Shown here: positions 41,301 through 52,063 of the stretch, piece after piece
How the letters are laid out: each line of letters begins with the position of its first letter
Numbering within the stretch: position 1 is the stretch's first letter
Assembly: GCA_051362555.1 (NCBI GenBank)
Contig: CM120646.1
Span: 2,542,001-2,606,000, forward strand
Direction: 5' to 3'
Origin: Lingula anatina
Taxonomy: Eukaryota; Animalia; Brachiopoda
Length of the DNA stretch: 64,000 nt
Notes under the pieces: generated by a model
The model's database searches: none
Seen by the model: only the letters and a program-made list of their open reading frames with translations
What the model was told of the DNA's origin: nothing
Program-made: the position numbers and the translations under genes

Positions 41301-43697
41301 AGTTTAATAATGTTTTTTTACCTTTAATTCTTATAATTCTTCCCTCCATATCAGTTAACATCATGTTCAATTTCATTTTTAAATTGCAAGTTTTAAGTGT
41401 GAGATTTCATTATTGCTCTTCAATGCGGACTTTCAGTATTAAAACGCAGTGTCCTAGGACTTTCCGTACTGAAATAGAGTGTCTAGGGGGACTCTACATT
41501 TCAGAACATAGAGTCCGGAACCCGTTATTTCGAGACAGGGAGTCCGCCGGACTCTCAGTTTTAAAACACCTGGTCCGCCGGACCCTAGAATGGTAGGACT
41601 CTGTGTTGCTTGACACCGGTAATTAGTTTTTATTCATAGTCATATTAAATATTTACACAGTCTGCTGTTTCTAAAAAGGTTTTGTGATCGGTAATTATAG
41701 TCTTTATAATAATAGTTATTTTAAGTCCATAAATATCTATTATATGAAGGAAAATGAATGTATATTTCACCTGTGATGGGAAATATTGGCATCAAAATTA
41801 AAGTAACAATAAATGCTTTTTTTTAATTTGATAAAATGTATTATTAGTACAGTATACACATCGCAAGCAAGTGTCCACTCACATACTTACCCTATCTAGT
41901 ATATTAGGTTCCGCCCTATGCTGGAGAAAAAGATGGACACACTGTATGGAACCTTGCTTTGCAGCCAAGTGTAGTGATGTACGTCTGAACTGTGGGATTA
42001 ATATAATGCAACTTTTATTTTTGCATATTTAAAAAACAGTAGGCATGTATAAGTTAGTGTGACACAGTGTGCCGTTATGTCTGTAATAATATATTATTGG
42101 GAGGACGCTAAATGCATTTTCTGTGATCGAAAATAACGCTGTGCATATGTTTTTTAACTTCGATCTGTTGTATAATAGTAGAGTTAAAGGGTGCACACGC
42201 GCCAAGCATATGACCATTCACATACTTACATCATCCTGTATATTGGGATCTGCCCCGTGCTGGAGGAGAAGCTCACACTGTGCAGCACCTTGCTCTGTGG
42301 CCATGTGCAGTGGTGTACGTCCAAGCTGAGGGTTTAAAAAAAACATGTAACTTTTTGCAAAATTTATAAAAAGTGTCCAGTTTTAGTTAGTTCCGCAAAG
42401 TATGCTAATTTGTCGGTTTATAGGAAAGGCGATAATTGCTTTTTTGTGATGGGAAATTACTTTGTGAATGAGTTTTTAAACTTTGAAATATTGTTTTAAT
42501 AGTACAGTTAAATATTGCACACACCCAAAACGTATGTCCGTCCAGATACTTACATGCCCGTTATGATCTTTTACAGGAAGGATGTTTAATGCATTTTTGT
42601 GATGGGAAATGACCCTGTGAATGTGTTTTTGAACTTTGATTTAGCGTTTTAATAGTACTGTTAAATAGTGCACACACCCAAAGCATATGCCCATTCACAT
42701 ACTTACCCTTTCAGTTATATTGGGATCTGCCCTGTGGTGGAGAAGAAGCTGGATACAATGTGTGGCACCTCGCTGTACAGCCAAATGTAGTGGTGTACGT
42801 ACAGCCTGTCGGTTTAAATAACATGTAATTTTTTTTTGCAAAATTTAAAAATAATTGTCCAGCTTTAGTTACTTCCGCCAATTGTGCTTTATTATCGATT
42901 TATAGGAAGGGCGTTAAATGTTTTTTTTTTTTTTTTTTTTTTTTTGTGATGGGCAATTACCCTGTTAATGAGTTTTTAAACTGTGATATACTGTTTTAAT
43001 AGTACAGTTACATAGTGCACACACCGAAAACGAATGTCCGTCCAGAAACTTACATCATCCTGTATATTGGGATCTGCCCCGTGCTGGAGGAGAAGCTGTA
43101 CACACTCTGTGGCACCTTGCTGTGCAGCCAAGTGTAGTGGTGTATGTTTAACCTGTGGATTTGAAAAACGTGATAATTTAAATGCATAATTAGTTATTAG
43201 TTTAAAGAATTTTTGCTTCAAATAACAACTTAATTTTGAAGTAGTTTACCTGGAATATTTTGATGTCTAACAGAACATCTTCATCGGGGAATGAGACTTT
43301 CCGGGTGTTTACCCAGCAGGCATAGTTGCGTTGGATCAACGTTGAAAACAGGTTGATACGTTGAATTGTCGTTAATCTTTATATATTAGAACTTTATATA
43401 TCAATCTAAACCTTGGAAATTTAACTTAAAGACTATTCATTTACAGCCTTCATATATTTGGCTATCAATCATGTCCTACTGCTAAACACATCCATGCTAA
43501 TTTTCCGCTGGGTGGGGTTGATATAACATTGTTTTCTGACGTTGATACAACGTTGTTATCTGAGGTTGACACAACTTTCAAATCCAACGTTTATCCAATG
43601 TCTTCTCAAAGTTATGATTCAACGTTGTTTCAACGTTAAAACAACATAATTTGCCCACTGGGTAGCCTCTACCCAGGAGATATACTTGCCCCCTACT

Positions 43698-43731
<34 letters not shown>

Positions 43732-46700
43732 CCTTTGCCTTATGGAAGGGAGGTACAGGTTGTTCTGGGATCAACAAAATATTGTCAAAACTGTTCAGTC
43801 TAGGATGTAAAATGTGGTCACTCAGTCATGTGACACATGAATACAAAAGACAGTACTGAGAGGACACACACATCACTGACTTTGCTGGAGATAGACAGAA
43901 GTACATGACTCTCTAAAATATATACTCCACAATTTATGTAAGTGTACAATGTATTTGTTTTAATTCATAAGAATCACTATTTTATTATACTTTAGAACAT
44001 ATTATATTGTATTTTTATTTTTTATTTTTAGTGACCGGCTTTTGGCTTTCGGCTATCGGCTATCTGCTATTGACTGTCTGCTATGAACAATTTTGAATAA
44101 AGCCAACCGTGTACAATAAGTAGTTTTATGTTTTTTTTATAACCCAAAATAGTCAATAAATTTGGTCAAACAATCAAGATTACCAGAAGCAGTTCACTTA
44201 CATAATAACCATGGACTTGAAAACGTTAAAGAAACGAAGTGATGCTAAAAGAGCTGTTACTGTGGGAGCAAAGGCCTTGGAACAAGCCATTGATGTTGGA
44301 CTTGAGGTAAAGGATGCAGTGGAAAGACTAGAGAAAAGATATCTGGATTATTTGGAAGTAACAAACGAATACATGGTGTTATGTGAAGAAACAGATGCAG
44401 ATACTGAATTCACAGTTGTTGCTGAGATGGATCTTCATGAATACGATGAACAGGTGAAAAAAAACGTACCTCAATACAATCCAAGTTTATAAGCAACATA
44501 GCAAACGAAATGTTACTCAAAATTCAGACTCACCCATTCAACTGAAAAAAAGGGAAATCCGTAAATTCTCAGGACACAGAAGAGACTGGCCAGAATTCAA
44601 AAACATTTGGCAAAATATGATTATTCCAGCCGTACAAAATAAAACAGCCTTGGCTGTGGATTTAAAAAACTCTTTTAAGAGTGGTCTAGCTTATGTAGAA
44701 ATTTCCAATATCTCCGCAGGTTCGGAAAATGCTTATGATAAGATGTGGGAGGCATTATGCCTTCACTATGATAATGTCCCATTAGCAGTGTCCAATGCTT
44801 TAGAAGAGATAAGCCAGTTAAAACCAGTGTCATCTGAAGATAATTATCAAGAGCAAGTACAATTGATCAGAAAAATTGATTCCATATTTCAACAGCTAGA
44901 GATGTTAGATCAAGTACATATGGTTTCTTGTAAAGACGTGGCACACATTGTTTCATTTTTTTCACCCTTACTCAGAAAATATTGGGCAGAATTTCTAAAT
45001 AAGTTGCCAGTCTCAGCACAATTACATCCATTAGGTCCACTTCAGGACTTCTTACAATCAAAGTTAGGGGTTCTCAAACAAATGGCAAATGATCAAGCAT
45101 TATTAAAACCTGTCAAAACACAAAAACAAAGTCACAGTCACAATGTTAGAGCAAATCAGAATGATAGTTGTTTTTTACACAATGACAATTCTCATACCAC
45201 TACTCAGTGTAAGCTGTTTTTATCTCTTTCAGTGCCTGAAAGAAAAGAAAAACTCAGACAAGCAGGTAGATGCTTCAGGTGTTTTGCTTCCCACAGAAAA
45301 GAAAATGGTCCATGCTCTTACTGTAACAGACGTTCCCACCATACCCTGATGTGTTGGCAAGCACCCACTGTAGATAAAGGCTATAACACAGGTGACTCTT
45401 CTGTGGAGAGCAAACATGCTGAGAGCAATGTAGCCAAAAGTAATGGTAAGACACTCTATGCCATATATGATGTCCCAGTTTCTTCATCCAAAAACAAAGC
45501 TGTCGTTTTTTGTGATGATGGTGCTGATACTACTTTCATTTCTAAAAATGGTGTGAAAAAGTTAAACGCAAAGAAATTGGGAAAAGTTTCCATTCAAATG
45601 AATACATTAAACTCTACAGACACAATTTTTACTCATTTGTATGAAGTCACTCTCATTACTGTCAGTGGTAGAAAAGTGAAAGTTGAAGCCTTTTGTTTGC
45701 CTACACTCTCAAGCTCTGTTTCTCAGTTAAGTGAGACTGCCATTGCAAACATTTTTCCAAATTTTGATCCAAAAACTCTTCAAAGTCCAAACGGACCCGT
45801 CGACATATTGTTAGGTGGGGATTATTTTGGTTTATATCCAAAAAAAGAAATCGAGTCTGATGGGGCTAACCTCAGTGTAATGGAGGGGGATTTGGGTGTG
45901 TGTTTGCAAGGATATCATCAGTTAATTGAGGAACGAACAGAGAAATCCAACAGCATTGGTTATTCAGTTACTCTCTGCAAATCTGTCAGTACATGTATGC
46001 ATGTGAACTCTTCTTGCATGAAAGTCACTCACAGTGAATTTAACCCCCCCTTCTCAGACCCTTCTAAGAGTGGGGGCGTTATGATTATTAATCCCTCTCA
46101 GAGTCAGGGTGTTGTGTCCTCTATTGACCCCCTCTCAAACCCTTCTAAGGGTGGGGGTGTTGAGGTTACTGATCCCTCTCATGGACATACTGTAGATAGC
46201 TTTGTTGATCCCTTCTTAAACCCTTCTAAGAGTGGGGGTGTTGTGAATTTCAATCCTTCTACAAGCAAGGGTGAAATTGTCTTTCCGGACTCCTTTGATG
46301 AGCACAAAAGTGTACATTCTTTGAAAACAAAAAGTGAGTCACATTTTTCTGAAAAACTCTCTAATATTGACACTTTCATATTAGGTGAGGAAATGGGAAC
46401 GGAAATGAATCCAAAATGTGGTGCTTGCAAATGTGGAAAATGTCCATCTGTGGGACAAACATATTCTTTTTAAGAGGAACAAGAATTACAACTGATTACT
46501 TCAAAATTGCATTATGACAAAGAACGTGAATGCTGGTCTGCTGAATATCCCTGGTTATTTGACCCAGCATTATTGCCTGACAACTATAATGCTGTTTTTG
46601 CCACTTTGAAAAGTACTGAAAAAAACTTAAATTGGACCCTCAATGGGCAGAGAAGTACTCTGAACAAATACATGACATGGAAACTAGAGGTGTAGCTAGA

Positions 46701-49700
46701 AAAATGACCCAGCAAGAAATTCTTGAATGGGATGGTCCTGTCTTCTACAGGACAGCATAATATTGCTGATTGGGTCACAAGAGGTAGGTTTCCTAGTGAT
46801 TTAGATCCTGATTCCGAATGGTTCAATGGACCAGATTTTCTTTACAAGCCACGAGATCAGTGGATTGTGAAATTTAACCCTACTGTGTCTGAATTTCTTC
46901 CAGGTGAGAAGAAGATCCAAGCATCTGTGAAAACGGTGAATACTGGCACATTTCTCCATGCAGAGACATCTTATTCCAGGTGTTTATCTTTGAAAGTTAT
47001 AAAATGGGCTTATGCTAGGATCTTGGCTATTTTCAGAGCAGGTTCTTTCCGAGGAGGAAATAAGTCCAAAGTTACACCTGAATTACTTACACAGGCTGAA
47101 ATGCTTTTGATTTCTGATGCTCAGAATTCTGCATGGTATAATGATAGTGTGAAAGCACAGTTCCGTACTTTGATGCCTGTTAGACAAGATGGATTATGGA
47201 TGGTAGGGACACGCATTGCAGATCAAAATCCACTGACACCTGAAAACAAACCATTGATTTTACTGCCTAGAAAGCATCCTTTGACCAAGTTGTTTATGAA
47301 AGATGCAAATTCAAATTGTGGTCATAAAGGTCGCGATGTTACAGTGACAAAGTTCAGGTCACGATTTTGGACATATCATGCTGCAAAATTAAGCAAAAGT
47401 ATTTGTGACAATTGTCAATTGTGCAAACTTCTCAAAACAAAATACGTTGATCAAAAAATGGGCCCTATGCCACCTGCTCGTCTCATGCCTTCTCCTCCAT
47501 TTTCCACAGTGATGTTGGATTTATTTGGACCCTATCAGGTAAGAGGGGAAGTTCAAAAACGCACTACTGGTAAAGCATGGGGGGTCATTTTTACTGATCA
47601 TTGTAGCAGGGCTGTTCACATTGAAGTGGTGTTTGGATATGACACACAGTCATTTTTGTTGGCATTGTCTCGTTTTGCAGCTATTCGAGGATGGCCGTCT
47701 GTTATCTATTCAGACCCTGGTTCTCAACTTCTAGGTGCTAGCGTTGAACTAGCACGAGCATGGGCCAATATAGATAAAGACGTTCTTTTGAGACAAGGTT
47801 CAGACATGGGTCTTAATTGGAAATTTGGGCCTGCTGACAGTCCATGGTATCAAGGTGCTGTAGAATCATTGTTAAAGTCTGCTAAAAAAGCAATTGACTT
47901 AAGTGTGAAAAATCAGAGGTTATCTGTGCCTGAAATTCTCACTGTCTTTACACAAGTTGCAGATTTGCTTAATGAAAGACCAATAGGAGTGATGCCCAGT
48001 GTTGATTCTACTCTCAATATCCTTACTCCCAATTCTCTACTTCTTGGTAGATCTACTTCTAGAAATCCTGGAGGTTATGATGCAAATCCTTCCTTGAGAT
48101 CTCGTCTCACTTTAGTAGAAGGCTGTGTAAAACAGTTCTGGGAGCAATGGAAGAATCTCTTTGCACACACTCTTGTCCATCAAACCAAGTGGTTTAAAGA
48201 GAATCGAGACTTGAAAGTGGGAGATGTTGTTATAGTACCTGATAGCAATGTTCTCAAGGGAGAATATCGTCTTGCAAAGGTTACTGAAGTTTTCCCTGGC
48301 ACTGATGGTCTTGTAAAAAGGGTGAAAGTGTCTTATAAAAATTATAGAGTGGGAGAAAAAGTTCATGAGTACAAGGGTGCTAAGAATATTGAGGTAGAGA
48401 GATCTGTCAGAAGATTGGGTTTATTAATTCCTGTTGAGGATATGTAATTGCTCTCAAATATTAATGCAACATTGTATATATATTATATTAGTACACAAGT
48501 TATTAATGATGTTATATAATTATTTCTTTATTAGTTCTAGTTTAGTTACAGTATATGAATATATTTCATTAGTTAAAATTTTGTGTGACATTTAAACTCT
48601 AAGTTTAATAATTAGTGTCGCAGAGATAAAAATATATAATGTATCTCTGCGAGGAGAACCTCCCGATGTTCTGGGATCAACAAAATATTGTCAAAACTGT
48701 TCAGTCTACGATGTAAAATGTGGTCACTCAGTCATGTGACACATGAATACAAAAGACCACACCTACAGTACTGAGAGGACACACACATCACTGACTTTGC
48801 TGGAGATAGACAGAAGTACATGACTCTCTAAAATATATACTCCACAATTTATGTAAGTGTACAATGTATTTGTTTTAATTCATAAGAATCATTATTTTAT
48901 TATACTTTAGAACATATTATATTGTATTTTTATTTTTTATTTTTAGTGACCAGCTTTCGGCTTTCGGCTATCGGCTATCTGCTATTGACTATCTGCTATG
49001 AAGAATTTTGAATAAAGCCAACCGTGTGCAATAAGGAGTTTTATGTTTTTTTTTTTTTTATATAACCCAAAACACAGGTGAGCGATGATGACACCATCGC
49101 TTCTGTTGAAAATAGCCCCTATTTTTTTTTATGTGGATGGCTTCCAGGTCTTTGTTGTAGTGTGCTTTTGGTTCATTGTCAATCACCTTGATTTTTTCAA
49201 TCACTTGACCATGTGACATTTTGTTAGGGTACCCGGTAATTAGCTCTTATTCATAGTCATATAAAATGTTTACACATCCCGCTGTGTCTAAAAAGGTTTT
49301 GTGAGCGGTAATTATAGTCTTTATAATAATAGTTATTTTAAGTCCATAAATATCTATTATATGAAGGAAAATGAATGTATTTTTCTTCTGTAATGGGAAA
49401 TTGTAAGTTTTAGCATCAAAAATAATGTCACAATGAATGTTTTTTTTTATTTGATAAAATGTTTTAAAAGTACAGTACACACATCACAAGCAAGTGTCCA
49501 CTCACATACTTACACTATCTAGTATATTAGGTTCCGCCCTATGCTGGAGAAAAAGATGGACACACTGTATGGAACCTTGCTTTGCAGCCAAGTGTAGTGA
49601 TGAACGTCTGAACTGTGGGATTGAAATAATACATTTTTTTGCATATTTAAAAACAGTAGTCACGTCTAAGTTAGTGTGACACAGTGTGCCGTTATGTCCG

Positions 49701-52031
49701 TAATAATATATTATTGGGAGGACGCTAAATGCATTTTTTGTGATCGAAAATAACCTTGTGCATATGTTTTTTAACTTCGATCTGTTGTTTTAAAGATGAG
49801 TTAAAGGGTGGAAACGCCCCAAGCATATGTCCATTCACATACTTACATCATCCTGTATATTGGGATCCGCCCCGTGCTGGAGGAGAAGCTCACACTGTGC
49901 AGCACCTTGCTCTGCGGCAATGTGTAGTGGTGTACGTCCAAGCTGAGGGTTTTAAAAAAAAACATGTAACTTTTTGCAAAATTTATGAAAAGTGTTCAGT
50001 TTTAGTTAGTTCCGCAAAGTGTGCTAATTTGTCGGTTTATAGGAAGGGCGTTATTCGAATTTTTGTGATGGGAAATTACCTTGTGAATGAGTTTTTAAAC
50101 TTTGATATATTGTTTTAATACATGTAGTACAGTTAAATATTGCACACAACCAAAACTTATGTCCGTCTAGATACTTACTTTTCCGTAATGATCTTTTACA
50201 GGAAGGACGTTAAATGCATTTTTGTGATGGGAAATGACCCTGTGAATGTGTTTTTGAACTTTGATTTAGCGTTTTAATAGTACTGTTAAATAGTGCACAC
50301 ACCCAAAGCATATGCCCATTCACATACTTACCCTTTCAGTTATATTGGGATCTGCCCTGTGGTGGAGAAGAAGCTGGATACAATGTGTGGCACCTCGCTG
50401 TACAGCCAAATGTAGTGGTGTACGTAAAGCCTGTCGGTTTAAATAACATAATAAATTATTAATAAATTTATTTTAAGTCTAAAATCCATTTAAAATGTTT
50501 AGTAGACTTTACATAAAATATCATAAATAATACTACATAAAATATCATAAATAATATCTAGGTAAAACAGCCATTATTCCATACAATTAAATGCAATTAA
50601 TACAAATTTTATAAAAACCAATTAAGAGTTAATCAAAATATTTCCTAAAAAGGTATGTTTTGAGTTCATTTTTTAAATTTTTGGTAGACTGAATTGCTCG
50701 GATTTCCAGCGGTAATAGATTCCATTCCTTTGGACCTGCAGCTTTAGAAGATATATCACCGTAGGATTTTAATCGCATTTTTACTGAGTTGAGTAGCATT
50801 TGGTCTACAGACCGCAGATTTCGCATTGGAACATAGCGATTTTTGGTGCCAATCCATAAAAAGCATCGTGAGTAAAAACTAAAAATTTTAATAAAATTCT
50901 GGCTTGTAGAGGTAGCCAGTGTTAACTTTTTTAAACTGGGGAGATGTGTATATTTGTGGATGTCCGAGTTAATAATCTGGCTGAAATATTATGAATGCGC
51001 TGCAGTCTAGCAATTTGTTTCTTTGGACAACCGTATAAAATGGAGTTGCAGTAATGTAATCGAGATGTAACTAAACCATTTATAACTGGCTGCAGCAGAG
51101 TCAGACAGCTGATTGCGAATTGCACTTATGTTCCTAATGTTAAAAACCGCTGACGTGCATACACTGGTAATATGTTTGTTCATACAAAGTGTTCCACATG
51201 TGACTTTTTTGCAAAATTTAAAAATAATTGTCCAGTTTTAGTTTCTTCCGCCAAGTGTGCTTTTTTATCGATTTAAAGGAAGGGCGTTAAATGTATTATT
51301 TGTGATGGGCAATTACCCTGTTCATGAGTTTTTAAACTTTGATATATTGTTTTAATAGTACAGTTACATAGTGCACACACCGAAAACGAATGTCCGTCCA
51401 GAAACTTACATCATCCTGTATATTGGGATCTGCCCCGTGCTGGAGGAGAAACTGTACACACACTGTGGCACCTTGCTGTGCAGCCAAGTGTAGTGGTGTA
51501 TGTTTAACCTGTGGATTTGAAAAACGTGATAATCTTAATGCATAATTAGCTATTAGTTTAAATAATTTTTGCTTCAATCAACAACTTAATTTTGAAGTAG
51601 TTTACCTGGAATATTTTGATGTCTAACAGAACATCTTCATTAGGTAATGAGACTTTCCGGGTGTATACCCAGCAGGCAAAGTTGCGTTGGATCAACGTTG
51701 AAAACAGGTTGATACGTTGAATTGCCGTTGATCTTTATATATTAGAACTATATATATCAATCTAAACCTTGGACATTTTAACTTAAAGACCATTCATTTA
51801 TACCCTACATATATTTGGCCATCAATCATGTCCTGCTGCTAAACACATCCATGCTAATTTCCTGCTGGGTGGGGTTTATATAACATTGTTTTCTGACGTT
51901 GACACAACTTTCAAATCCAACGTTTATCCAATGTCTTCTCAAAGTTATGGTTCAACGTTGTTTCAACGTTAAAACAACATAATTTGCCCACTGGGTAGCC
52001 TCTACCCAGGGGATATACTTGCCCCCTCCTC

Positions 52032-52063
<32 letters not shown>

